64,000 nucleotides of DNA from NCBI GenBank assembly GCA_001779315.1, contig MFJU01000001.1:6258-70257 (forward strand), written 5' to 3'. Below the pieces are notes generated by a model. It did no database searches. It saw nothing but the letters and a program-made list of their open reading frames with translations, and had not been told where the DNA came from. A program made the translations under genes and the position numbers. Source of the stretch: Candidatus Gottesmanbacteria bacterium RIFCSPLOWO2_01_FULL_42_22. Its GTDB lineage: Bacteria; Patescibacteriota; Microgenomatia; 2-02-FULL-39-11. The stretch's first letter is position 1. Each line of letters begins with the position of its first letter. Below, in pieces: positions 19,045-31,717 of this stretch.

Positions 19045-20149
19045 ACTCCATAAAAAGTTAGGCGGTAAGCTGGAGATAAAAGTAAAACAGCATCTGTCCT
19101 CCAAACGCCAGTTATCCCTTCTCTACACCCCGGGAGTGGCCGGTAGCGTTAAGGCCATCAATCAGTATAAATCAATGGCCTATCAGTTATCGCTAAAGAA
19201 AAACACGGTAGCTGTAATAACCGATGCTACGGCCGTTTTGGGATTAGGCAAAGTCAGTCCGGAAGCGGCTTTGCCGGTCATGGAAGGCAAGTGCCTCTTG
19301 TTTAAGGAATTGGCCGGGATTGATGCCTTTCCCTTATGCTTGAAAACCAATAACTGGCAGGAGACGATGGTTGTCATCAGGAGTTTAGCTCCGACTTTTG
19401 CCGCTATCAATCTGGAAGATATCGCCGCCCCCGACTGCTTTAAGATTGAAGAAAATCTGCAGGATTTGGGTATACCGGTCGTTCATGATGACCAGCATGC
19501 GACAGCCATCGCTGTTTTGGCAGGATTATTTAATGCAGTCAAGATTGTCGGGAAAAATCTAAAAAAATGCCGGCTTATTGTCTGCGGAGCAGGCGCAGCC
19601 GGCACTGCTGTTATTAAACTTTTACATTATTACGGCAACCAAAATCTTATAGCGGTTGATAGCAATGGAATTATCGGCAAACACCGTCGATTTCCGGATG
19701 AATATAAAAAAGAGCTGGCTGAAATTACCAATCCGGACAACAACAGGGGTAATTTGGCGCAGGCTGTGCGGGAAAGCGATATCCTCATTGGAGTCTCCAA
19801 AAAAAATCTTTTTCAAAGGGAGATGATCAGATCAATGAATCGGCAGGCTATAGTTTTTGCCTTAGCCAATCCTGATCCGGAGATAAGCAGGGTTGATGCG
19901 CTAAAAGCCGGAGCTACCGTCTATGCCTCAGGCTCAAGCATTGACCGGAATCAAATCAATAATGCCCTGGTCTTTCCCGGACTTTTCCGGGGGTTAATTG
20001 ACAGCCACAGGAAAAAAATAACATCCCAGCTTAAAATCAAAACTGCCCATGCCATTGCTTCTCTGATAACAAGACCAACCTCAAAAAAATTCATGCCTTC
20101 TGTTTTGGATAAAAAGGTGGTAAGAAGAGTTGCTGAAGCTATACTATAA
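19022..20149 (+). CDS. NAD(P)-dependent malic enzyme (short form)
   Basis: 375 aa; YTPGVA, CGAGAAGTAV Rossmann motif, ANPDPEI; start overlaps the fumC end by 23 nt. Confidence 0.8.
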   Translation: MLDKESLKLHKKLGGKLEIKVKQHLSSKRQLSLLYTPGVAGSVKAINQYKSMAYQLSLKKNTVAVITDATAVLGLGKVSPEAALPVMEGKCLLFKELAGIDAFPLCLKTNNWQETMVVIRSLAPTFAAINLEDIAAPDCFKIEENLQDLGIPVVHDDQHATAIAVLAGLFNAVKIVGKNLKKCRLIVCGAGAAGTAVIKLLHYYGNQNLIAVDSNGIIGKHRRFPDEYKKELAEITNPDNNRGNLAQAVRESDILIGVSKKNLFQREMIRSMNRQAIVFALANPDPEISRVDALKAGATVYASGSSIDRNQINNALVFPGLFRGLIDSHRKKITSQLKIKTAHAIASLITRPTSKKFMPSVLDKKVVRRVAEAIL

Positions 20150-22664
20150 CGGGTAATGGTAATGCTTCTTTTCTCTCCCAATCCCCTGTTTCTTCAGCCA
20201 GTAGCCGCATCCCGGAGCAGCTACGGATATCATCTAATCCTAAGATAAACTGCATGACTCTTTCATTACCAATTCCGTAACCCGCATGAGGGTCTGTCTT
20301 TTCCTTATAAATAATATCCAAATACCATCTAAAATCGTCGATGGCTGTTTCAGGAGGTAATTTCGTTCTTTCACAATAAATTCTAAACATTTCTGAACTT
20401 AATAACCGGTCTTCAAGCTGTTTACCTCGATGTTCTCTGACAGACGCTCCGGTTGCCTCACCGGCAATAGGAAGTATCAAATCAGCTGAGAGCACAACGC
20501 GCGGATCAATTTCAGAAACTTTCATATTAAAAAATTTTATCTCTTTGGGATATCTCATGATAAAAACCGGTAAATTACTTTTAACAACTTTTTCTCCTGA
20601 TTCTTCCTGTTTTTTGTTGTTTAATAGTTTAATTACAGCTTGTTCATGTTCCGCTTTTAAGTCGTCACCCCACTTAAGATTTGAGAAACCATTTTCTCGA
20701 AGAAGTATTAATGCATCTTCGTACGTAATTCTGTAATAGGGATTTTCGATAGTCTCTCGAAGTTGTTTTAAATCTCTCCCGTACAACATTGAAAGGGTAT
20801 CACCATGTTGTTCAACTGCGACACGAATCATAGTTTTTGTCGATGCTTCAATATGCTGCAAAAGTGCCTCAAACATTTTTCCTTCATCATAATTATCTCT
20901 AGTCATTCCATCGACCATAGTTGACCCGAATTCTTCTTCTGTCAGTCGAAATTGACGCAAATGTCGGTTGTCTTCCGTCTCTTCATCTCTGCCGCTATGA
21001 ATAATCGTATAAACCCCGTGCCGATGCACTTGAAGTGCTTGTTCCAATGCTAATTGTCCGGTTTGTGTGATGAATAATTGTACGCCGGCCCTGCTCATAA
21101 CCTTAAAAAGTGTATCAACATTTTCACAGGAGCCAGTAACTCCTACAATTTCCGGAACCGTAATATATTGAAGGCCAATTTGTCCATAATGTCCTGAGAC
21201 TGCCTTTTGTATACTTGCCTCCAGTTGGGAAAGCGCTTTTATATGTTCCTTTGTCTGTATTTCTTTATTACCTTCGTTTGTCTTTATTGTAAATATCCCT
21301 CTTTCTTTTACCAGTCGTTGTACGGCTTTTTCTGAAATCTCGTCTTCAGAGACTGCTTCAAAAGAAGGAATGCTTTCTAATGTTTTTTCAATATATTCTT
21401 GGGCTTTTGTAGAATCATACATTACATCCTGATAAAAAACCCCCAGATGATATAGCGTCCATATTTTCAATCGTTGCAGTCTCCGATCGTCCGGATTTCT
21501 AACCAAAGAATCATTTAGGTCCGTTAGGGCTTTTTGCAGAAATTCTTCAGTTTCGTTTGCTATGGTTTTGTCATAAAGTTGAGCTAAACCTATTCTTAAT
21601 GAGCATTCTGCTTCTTTGGTTTGCAGACTCTGAATAAATGACTCGTGTTCTTCACCCTGAAGATAAACATCCGCTAGAGTACGGGCCAAACCATAAGCTT
21701 TATGAGCTGTTAAAAAATAGTTAATCGGATCACCATCACCTATCCTTCCTCTTAAAAGGGCAAATATACCAAAATTGGCTGCATGATAACAATCTCTAGG
21801 AGACCGTTCTCTGCCGTTAGCAATTTCTGTTAAATACGATCCGAAACGCGACATACCCTCATCAAGAATATTGAAAGGGACATCCTCAGAAGTTACTTCA
21901 TTTAATAAACCATTTGCATCGATGATAAGACCCCAGTCTGTTAATTGTGCAATAACTTGGCCATTATGCATTATTGTTCCTATATCCTGAAGGTGTAATG
22001 AATCTTCTCCGAATAAATTTCGATTCTCATGCACTTCATGTGGAGGATTAGTGGGATACGCTCCCGAGTTGATTTGTTGACTGATAATATCTAATACCTG
22101 AGCAGGTTTTGTTCGGTCATAACGGGATGGAATATCCGGCATCCACATAACCTGGGGAATCAAAAAATCATTTTTGTATGTTTGGATGGCTACATCAATG
22201 ACTTCTTTTAAACCGTGTTCTGAAGAATATTCAGGAAGACTGTTATTTTCCGGAGGGTTGAGAAAATAATCTGCCAATTCTCTGAGATAAAATCTGTTTA
22301 TTGAAGGTGTATTAGGATAATTCTTAGATTCTACTGTAATTTTACGTCTCTCAATCCTGAGTAACGCATCCAAAACAACCCGCGATTTAGTTTCCCATGT
22401 TCCTCTAAAATCTAAATCAGCTTCTAATCTTATGACATCTTCCAAAGTAACTGATAAATTTTTTAGGGGTAAATATGTGTCAAATAACAACCCAGCCTGC
22501 TGCATTCTTAAATATCTGCCGGCAAAATTAGGCGGTAACAATTCGGGGCGAATTGAGGGAGGTCCGGTTATTCCTGTCTGTTGATCATAGTTTGTTAGTT
22601 GTTCTTCGATAAAAGCTGTTTTACGAGCCTCTATTTGATCAGCTGCAACCTCATAACTTGACAT
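20139..22664 (-). CDS. Large fusion protein: unknown ~460-aa N-terminal domain plus a C-terminal AsnRS/AsnA-like class II aminoacyl-tRNA-synthetase catalytic core with no anticodon-binding domain
   Basis: 841 aa. C-terminal half aligns with the AsnRS core: ..FITQTGQLALEQ.. (motif 1 region), ..RHLRQFRLTEEEF.. (motif 2; cf. RHLAEFWMLEPE), ITYEDA..WGDDLKAEHE, PVFIMRYPKEIKFFNM, GEATGASVRE, PHAGYGIGNERVMQFILG (motif 3). Codon usage and G+C are visibly more AT-rich than the flanking genes. Confidence 0.7.
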   Translation of the reverse strand: MSSYEVAADQIEARKTAFIEEQLTNYDQQTGITGPPSIRPELLPPNFAGRYLRMQQAGLLFDTYLPLKNLSVTLEDVIRLEADLDFRGTWETKSRVVLDALLRIERRKITVESKNYPNTPSINRFYLRELADYFLNPPENNSLPEYSSEHGLKEVIDVAIQTYKNDFLIPQVMWMPDIPSRYDRTKPAQVLDIISQQINSGAYPTNPPHEVHENRNLFGEDSLHLQDIGTIMHNGQVIAQLTDWGLIIDANGLLNEVTSEDVPFNILDEGMSRFGSYLTEIANGRERSPRDCYHAANFGIFALLRGRIGDGDPINYFLTAHKAYGLARTLADVYLQGEEHESFIQSLQTKEAECSLRIGLAQLYDKTIANETEEFLQKALTDLNDSLVRNPDDRRLQRLKIWTLYHLGVFYQDVMYDSTKAQEYIEKTLESIPSFEAVSEDEISEKAVQRLVKERGIFTIKTNEGNKEIQTKEHIKALSQLEASIQKAVSGHYGQIGLQYITVPEIVGVTGSCENVDTLFKVMSRAGVQLFITQTGQLALEQALQVHRHGVYTIIHSGRDEETEDNRHLRQFRLTEEEFGSTMVDGMTRDNYDEGKMFEALLQHIEASTKTMIRVAVEQHGDTLSMLYGRDLKQLRETIENPYYRITYEDALILLRENGFSNLKWGDDLKAEHEQAVIKLLNNKKQEESGEKVVKSNLPVFIMRYPKEIKFFNMKVSEIDPRVVLSADLILPIAGEATGASVREHRGKQLEDRLLSSEMFRIYCERTKLPPETAIDDFRWYLDIIYKEKTDPHAGYGIGNERVMQFILGLDDIRSCSGMRLLAEETGDWERKEALPLPVIV

Positions 22665-22720
22665 ATTACCCTAATATTTTATACCCATAAGAAGACATTT
22701 CAAAATATTGTCAAAATCCG

Positions 22721-23779
22721 CTATATTATTTTTCGGCCGAAGCCTGGCCGGACGAGGATTTTGCCATTTTCAAAAACGGTTTGGCCTCTGATGACTGTTC
22801 TAACTATTTTGCCTGAAACAATCCAACCGGCAAAAGGCGACCAACCGCATTTGGTGAATAAGTTTTTGTTTTCGATTTTATATTCCTCTTCTGTTTCCGC
22901 TTCGATATATGTATCTATACCTTGATTAATTCCGAAAACTTTCCGCGGGCCTTCATTTGTCAGCCTAATTATTTCTTTAACTGATATTCTGTTTTCGGTA
23001 AGCGCAGTTAATAAAAGAGGCAACAGAGTTTCCAAGCCGGGGACGCCATTCGGCGGTTTGGCCGATTTTTTTTCTTCGAGAGTATGCGGTGCATGGTCGG
23101 TTGAGATGCAGTCAATATCTGAAAGATGGGCCCAGAGAAAATCCTGGTCAGCTTGCATTGCCAGCGGCGGCTTCATCATCGCCAAGGTACCCATTTTTTG
23201 ATAATCTTTATCGGTTAAAAATAAATAGTTGGGTGTTGTATCGCAGGTAACAGGAACTTTATTCTTTTTAGCTTCAATTATTTTTTCCAAATCTGACTTG
23301 GTGGAAACATGGGTAATATGGAGTTTTTTGCCAAATTTCGCTGCTAATTCAAGCGCCAAATCAACTTTATCCCCTTCCGCATGGACAATAATTATTTTTT
23401 GTTTTGGCCAGGCAGAAAAAATATTTTCCAGTATTTCCTCATTTTCTACCTTAAATTGGCCGGTTGAGACATTAAGATAGATTTTCAGACCGGCAACCAG
23501 GGGTGCTGCTTTGGCAAACTCTTCTGCATTCCTGCCATCCGAACCGAAATAAAAAGCGTAGTCCACTACAGCTTTTTTTCGGGCTGCAACGATTTTTTCC
23601 GCAAGCCTCGCGACAGTGAAAACCGGACGCAGATTATTGGGCATATCGCAAACTGCGGTAATGCCTCCGGCTGCCGCAGCAGAGGTTCCAGTCAGGAAAT
23701 CTTCCTTGTGTTGTTCTTCAAAATCGCGCAGATGTACATGGACATCGATAAGCCCCGGCAACCGAAGTAGTGAACTCAT
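22721..23779 (-). CDS. pyrC: Dihydroorotase (short cyclic-amidohydrolase form)
   Basis: 352 aa; ..DVHVHLRD.., ..TDHAPH.. metal-binding motifs; sits in the carAB-pyrB-pyrC run. Confidence 0.8.
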   Translation of the reverse strand: MSSLLRLPGLIDVHVHLRDFEEQHKEDFLTGTSAAAAGGITAVCDMPNNLRPVFTVARLAEKIVAARKKAVVDYAFYFGSDGRNAEEFAKAAPLVAGLKIYLNVSTGQFKVENEEILENIFSAWPKQKIIIVHAEGDKVDLALELAAKFGKKLHITHVSTKSDLEKIIEAKKNKVPVTCDTTPNYLFLTDKDYQKMGTLAMMKPPLAMQADQDFLWAHLSDIDCISTDHAPHTLEEKKSAKPPNGVPGLETLLPLLLTALTENRISVKEIIRLTNEGPRKVFGINQGIDTYIEAETEEEYKIENKNLFTKCGWSPFAGWIVSGKIVRTVIRGQTVFENGKILVRPGFGRKII

Positions 23780-24714
23780 GGATTTAAGATCACATCAAGA
23801 AGAGCCATACGGACAGCCAGACCGTTCTTCAGTTGATCTTTCAGATAGAGTGAACGGGGATCATCATCCAATTCATGACTAATCTCGTTGGCGGCAATCG
23901 GTAAAGGATGCATGATGATGACTTCCTTTTTTGCCCGGGTAAGCAGACTTTTATCCAGCCTGTAAAAGCTTTTTAGCTTTTCATATTCAGCGGGATTTTC
24001 AAAACGTTCTTTCTGCACTCTTGTCATATAAATAACATCAGAGACGGAAATGGTCTCGGATAGTTTACTTGTTTCGAAAACGGAAGAGGATTTTTTGATT
24101 TTGACAGTAATCTCATAAGGCATGGCCAGCATTTCAGGCGAAACCAAATTAAAATTTATTTTTTTATCAGTTTTCAAAAGCAGTTTGGCTAAAGAATGGA
24201 CTGTCCGGCCGAACTTAAGATCACCGGCCAGGGTAACCGTCAGTTCTTTTTTGTCAGGAAAACGCCTGACAATGGTATAAACATCCAGAAGAGCCTGGGT
24301 CGGATGCTCGCCCGGCCCGTCTCCGGCATTGACTACCGGCACCGCTGAAACTTGAGTGGCTTTGGTAGGATAACCAACCTCGGGATGCCTGATGATCAGG
24401 CAATCGGCATAAGTTGAAAAAACCCTGACGGTATGCTCGAATGATTCGCCTTTTTCTACCGAAGTATTTTTCATGCCGTTTAAGGGAATGATGCCTCCGC
24501 CCAACCTCTGCATGGCTGTAATAAATGAGGAAAAGGTCCTGGTTGACGGCTCGAAAAACAAAAAGGCGCCTATTTTGCCTTTTAATGAGTCATCTCCCCC
24601 TTTTTCTACGGTCAGTTTTTTCATCCTGTCTGTCTTTTGAAAAATAAGCGCAAGGTCGGAAGCCTCAAGTGAATCGACTGTAGTTAAATCCTGTCCGAAA
24701 AGACTGTTTTTCAT
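23776..24714 (-). CDS. pyrB: Aspartate carbamoyltransferase catalytic subunit
   Basis: 312 aa; STRTFSSF, HPTQAL, HPLP motifs. Confidence 0.9.
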   Translation of the reverse strand: MKNSLFGQDLTTVDSLEASDLALIFQKTDRMKKLTVEKGGDDSLKGKIGAFLFFEPSTRTFSSFITAMQRLGGGIIPLNGMKNTSVEKGESFEHTVRVFSTYADCLIIRHPEVGYPTKATQVSAVPVVNAGDGPGEHPTQALLDVYTIVRRFPDKKELTVTLAGDLKFGRTVHSLAKLLLKTDKKINFNLVSPEMLAMPYEITVKIKKSSSVFETSKLSETISVSDVIYMTRVQKERFENPAEYEKLKSFYRLDKSLLTRAKKEVIIMHPLPIAANEISHELDDDPRSLYLKDQLKNGLAVRMALLDVILNP

Positions 24715-27700
24715 AATTTTTCCGTTTTGTCCTTGGGTTGAATGGTCGCCAGGTATTCACACCAGGATTTAACTTTCAGGTCTTCCGGTTTCAGTTTATA
24801 AAGGGAATTAATGAATAAATTAGCGGTTGATACTTTTGTAAAAAGCGGGATATTAGTATCAACTGTGGCTCTTCTGATTTGATAACCGTCAGTCAGTTCC
24901 AAAGACATTTCCTTTACTCCCAAATCATCGCGGTCGCTTAAATTAAAAACCAAACTTACCTGTTTACTCTTGATGACATCAATGACATTCGGCCGTTTTT
25001 TTTCATGGACTTTATATACCTGTTTGACTTTTAGGCGGTTGAGCTTGAGAAAGGCGGCCGTATTATTGGTAGCAAAAAGAGCAAATCCCATTTTGGCCAA
25101 AACCCGGCAACCCTGCAGCATTTTTTGCTTATATTCCATACCGCCTAAAGATACCAAAGCCGCTTTTTTATCAAAGCTGGCTCCTGTAGACAGTATAGCT
25201 TTAAGATAGGCTTCATTCAAACTGTCACCAAAGCAGGCCACTTCCCCGGTCGAAGCCATTTCCACCCGCAGGACCGGATCGACCCGCCTGAGCCTGGTAA
25301 AGGAAAAATGGGCTGCCTTGACGCCGGTATATCTCGGCCTTTTGATTTTAACCTGTTTGACGTTGTCCCCCAATAAAACCTTAGTGGCAATTTCGATGAA
25401 ATTTATCCCCAGGACTTTGGATACAAAAGGGAAAGTGCGGGATGCTCTCAAATTGCCTTCAATTACCAATACTTCAGGAATGGCCCGGCCGTCTTCATTG
25501 ACCAGAAACTGGATATTGAAAGGTCCGTTGATAGGCAGAGCTTTGACGATATTGACAGTGTTTTCCTTAATCATTTCGACTGCTTCATCCCCGAGTGAAA
25601 AAGAGGGCAAAACCAGAGTCGCATCTCCTGAATGGACGCCGGCATGCTCTACGTGTTCGGATATGGCCCAGACGACGATTTTCCCTTTACAGGCTACACC
25701 GTCAAAATCAACTTCTTTGGCTCCCCGGATAAACTTAGACATAACCAGCGGATACTCTGAGGAGACAATACTGTCTGAGGTTGCCAAATATCGGCTAAGC
25801 AATTCTTCCGAATAGGCTACATACATGGCCCGCCCGGACAGAACATAGGAAGGTCTGATAAGGACTGGATAGCCTATTTTTTTGGCGAATTCCAAAGCTT
25901 CCTTTTTGCTTTTAAGTCTTTTCCAGAGAGGCTGGATAATTTTCAGGCTGTCCAGAAGTGCGGAAAATTTTTCCCGGTCCTCGACGCGGTCTATCACCTC
26001 CGGATTACTTCCCAGGAATCGAACTGTGCTTTCTGCTAATTTAGCAGTTAAGGAATTGGGAATTTGACCGCCGACGGAAACTACCAAAGGACATTTTTCC
26101 AGATCACTAATATCCAGAATCCTTTCGCGGGTCAGTTCCTCAAAATAAAGCTTGTCCAGTATGTCATAATCCGTTGAGACTGTTTCCGGGTTGCAGTTGA
26201 TCATTATCGGCGAATATCCGTTTTTTTTAGCAGTTATAGCGCAATTGACAGCACACCAGTCAAATTCGACGGAGGAGCCGATCTGGTAAGGTCCCCCTCC
26301 TATAATGGCAATCTGTTTCGGTAAATTAAATCTGATATCATGTTTCTGGCGGTGATATGATAAATAAAGGTAATTTGTTTTCGCCGGAAATTCCCCGGCC
26401 AGGGTATCAATCTGGCAGACTTTCGGTAAAATATTATGCCGTTTCCTTAAATTACGTATTTCGCTGTCGGCAACTGAATAGATTTCTCCTATCTGCACAT
26501 CGGAAAAACCCAATTTTTTAGCCTTTAACAAAGTTGTTTCCGTTGGTTTTCCGTCAGAACTTTCACTGATCATATTTTTGTAAAAGTTGACGATATTTTC
26601 AATCCGGTCCAAAAACCAGTAATCAATGCCTGTTTCTTTGTAAATGTCTTTTTTGGACTGACCGTTAAATAAATTATAGGCAATGTTATAAGGCCTGTCA
26701 GGAGAAGCTTTCAGGGGACGGAGCTTACCTTTATCAAAATCATCGGAAATAATTCCCTCAAAATCCAAATCCAAAGATCTGACGGCTTTTTGCAGGGCTT
26801 CTTCAAAACTGCGGCCGATGGCCATGACTTCGCCGACACTCTGCATTTCACTGCCCAATGTTTCATCCTGGTTTTTAAATTTCAGAAAATCCCAGCGGGG
26901 AATTTTAACCACCACATAATCCAGAGCTGGCTCAAAAAAGGCGCTGGTAGCCTGTGTTACCTGGTTTCTCAGATCCGAAAGCCGGTAACCTAAGGCCAGC
27001 TTAGCGGCAATATAAGCCAGGGGATAGCCTGTTGCTTTGGAAGCCAAGGCTGATGAACGGGAAAGCCGGGCATTAACTTCGATGATGCGGTAATCACCGT
27101 CAATGGGTGAAAGAGCATACTGGATATTGCATTCGCCGACTATAGGCAAATTTTTAACGACCTTGATGGCAATTTCCCTTAAGCGGTGATACTCGCTATT
27201 TGTTAAAGTTTGGGAAGGGGCAACCACAATTGATTCACCGGTATGGATACCCATCGGATCGAAATTTTCCATATTGCAGACGGTAATACAATTGTCTTTT
27301 GAGTCACGGACGACCTCATATTCAATTTCTTTCCAATGTTCGAGATATTCCTCAATTAAAATTTGCGGCGTCTGTGTTAATGCTTTCTGGCTGATACTGA
27401 TTAAATCTTGTGAGTTTCGGGCAACACCTGAACCCAAACCGCCTAAAGAAAAACCTGCTCTGACAATGACAGGGTACTTTATTTTTCCGGAAAGGTCATT
27501 GACTTGGGAAAGTTTGCGGCAGAGAGTGCTTTGAGGAACTTTTAAGCCTAAATTTTCAATTGTTTGGCGAAAAAGCAGACGGTCTTCGGTATTACGGATA
27601 GCCGAAAGCGGTGTGCCCAATATCTCAACCCGGTATTTTTTAAAAATATTTTTGCGGGCCAGTGCCAGTCCGCAATTTAGGGCAGTCTGTCCGCCGAATC

Positions 27701-27965
27701 CCAATAAAATTCCGTCAGGTCTTTCCTTTTGGATGACTTTTTCCGCAAAGTATGGGGTGACCGGTAAAAAATAAACTCTGCTGACCAGCTCGTGCGAGGT
27801 TTGGATGGTGGCAATATTGGGATTGATGAGGACAACTTCGATGCCTTCTTCTTTCAATGCTTTGGCCGCCTGGGAGCCGGAGTAATCAAATTCACCGGCT
27901 TCTCCTATTTTGAGAGCGCCTGAGCCCAGAAGCAATACCTTCTTGATTTTCAAATTGTTAGCCAC
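24711..27965 (-). CDS. carB: Carbamoyl-phosphate synthase large subunit
   Basis: 1084 aa; duplicated ATP-grasp halves plus MGS-like C-terminus. Confidence 0.92.
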   Translation of the reverse strand: MANNLKIKKVLLLGSGALKIGEAGEFDYSGSQAAKALKEEGIEVVLINPNIATIQTSHELVSRVYFLPVTPYFAEKVIQKERPDGILLGFGGQTALNCGLALARKNIFKKYRVEILGTPLSAIRNTEDRLLFRQTIENLGLKVPQSTLCRKLSQVNDLSGKIKYPVIVRAGFSLGGLGSGVARNSQDLISISQKALTQTPQILIEEYLEHWKEIEYEVVRDSKDNCITVCNMENFDPMGIHTGESIVVAPSQTLTNSEYHRLREIAIKVVKNLPIVGECNIQYALSPIDGDYRIIEVNARLSRSSALASKATGYPLAYIAAKLALGYRLSDLRNQVTQATSAFFEPALDYVVVKIPRWDFLKFKNQDETLGSEMQSVGEVMAIGRSFEEALQKAVRSLDLDFEGIISDDFDKGKLRPLKASPDRPYNIAYNLFNGQSKKDIYKETGIDYWFLDRIENIVNFYKNMISESSDGKPTETTLLKAKKLGFSDVQIGEIYSVADSEIRNLRKRHNILPKVCQIDTLAGEFPAKTNYLYLSYHRQKHDIRFNLPKQIAIIGGGPYQIGSSVEFDWCAVNCAITAKKNGYSPIMINCNPETVSTDYDILDKLYFEELTRERILDISDLEKCPLVVSVGGQIPNSLTAKLAESTVRFLGSNPEVIDRVEDREKFSALLDSLKIIQPLWKRLKSKKEALEFAKKIGYPVLIRPSYVLSGRAMYVAYSEELLSRYLATSDSIVSSEYPLVMSKFIRGAKEVDFDGVACKGKIVVWAISEHVEHAGVHSGDATLVLPSFSLGDEAVEMIKENTVNIVKALPINGPFNIQFLVNEDGRAIPEVLVIEGNLRASRTFPFVSKVLGINFIEIATKVLLGDNVKQVKIKRPRYTGVKAAHFSFTRLRRVDPVLRVEMASTGEVACFGDSLNEAYLKAILSTGASFDKKAALVSLGGMEYKQKMLQGCRVLAKMGFALFATNNTAAFLKLNRLKVKQVYKVHEKKRPNVIDVIKSKQVSLVFNLSDRDDLGVKEMSLELTDGYQIRRATVDTNIPLFTKVSTANLFINSLYKLKPEDLKVKSWCEYLATIQPKDKTEKL

Positions 27966-29050
27966 TGCCTCACTTTTTCAAAATAATAATCAAAAAACCA
28001 TTCCGTGTCAGTCGGACCGGGATTGGCCTCCGGGTGGAATTGCACGCAAAAAAAAGGCAAATTTTTATGCCTTATGCCTTCGTTGGTACCGTCATTAAGA
28101 TTGACAAACCAGACTTGCCAGTCGGCAGGGATGGTTTTCTCGACTACCGAGTAGCCGTGGTTTTGCGAAGTGATAAAGCTTTTTGAGCTTTCAACTTCCA
28201 TAACCGGCTGGTTCTGCCCCCGATGCCCGTATTTTAATTTGAAAATTTCAGCTCCGGCCGCCAGAGCCATAACCTGATGTCCGAGGCAAATGCCGAAAGT
28301 GGGAATTTTTCGGGAGAAAGCCTGTTTTATTGTTTCGATTGTCTCAGGCATTTTCCTGGCATCTCCAGGTCCGTTGCTGATAAAGACCGTATCGAAAAGA
28401 GGAGACTTTTTATCCAGGAATGGATTATAGTTCCAGGGAACTCTGATAACAGTCGTATTATATTTCAGCATCAGTCTAATTTGGTTTTCCTTAAGACCGC
28501 AGTCGATAAACAGGACTTTTATTTTGCCGTTTCCGTAAATTTGTTGTTTTGCCGTACTGACAAAAGGCACAAGATTCTCTCTGTTGATATCTATAAAAAA
28601 CCCCGATTTTATCGGGGTTTGTGAAAAAGTAATTATGCCTTTCATCACTCCTTTATCGCGGAGTGTTTTAGTTAAAGAGCGGGTATCAATACCGGACAGA
28701 CAGGGTATTTTGTACTTTACCAGCCAATCTTTTAATGTTTGCCCGGCTTCGTAATGGGTTCTATTATCAACATATTCTGACACAATTAAGCCGCGGATTT
28801 GGATTCTGTCCGATTCAAATTTTTCCGTCAGGTTGTTTGCCTTAGTTTCTTTGGGAACTCCGTAATTGCCGATTAAAGGATATGTTTGGACCAGGATCTG
28901 ACCGTAATAGGAAGGGTCTGTCAAGCCTTCGGGATAACCGACCATGCCGGTTGAGAAAACTACTTCCCCGGCAACTTCGGTACTTGAGCCAATCGAATCG
29001 CCCTCTAAAATCTGTCCATTCTCAAGCTTCAGGTAACCTTTCTCTGCCAT
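27950..29050 (-). CDS. carA: Carbamoyl-phosphate synthase small (glutaminase) subunit
   Basis: 366 aa; ..GICLGHQ.. GATase nucleophile. Confidence 0.9.
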   Translation of the reverse strand: MAEKGYLKLENGQILEGDSIGSSTEVAGEVVFSTGMVGYPEGLTDPSYYGQILVQTYPLIGNYGVPKETKANNLTEKFESDRIQIRGLIVSEYVDNRTHYEAGQTLKDWLVKYKIPCLSGIDTRSLTKTLRDKGVMKGIITFSQTPIKSGFFIDINRENLVPFVSTAKQQIYGNGKIKVLFIDCGLKENQIRLMLKYNTTVIRVPWNYNPFLDKKSPLFDTVFISNGPGDARKMPETIETIKQAFSRKIPTFGICLGHQVMALAAGAEIFKLKYGHRGQNQPVMEVESSKSFITSQNHGYSVVEKTIPADWQVWFVNLNDGTNEGIRHKNLPFFCVQFHPEANPGPTDTEWFFDYYFEKVRQWLTI

Positions 29051-29058
29051 AATATATC

Positions 29059-31709
<2,651 letters not shown>

Positions 31710-31717
<8 letters not shown>

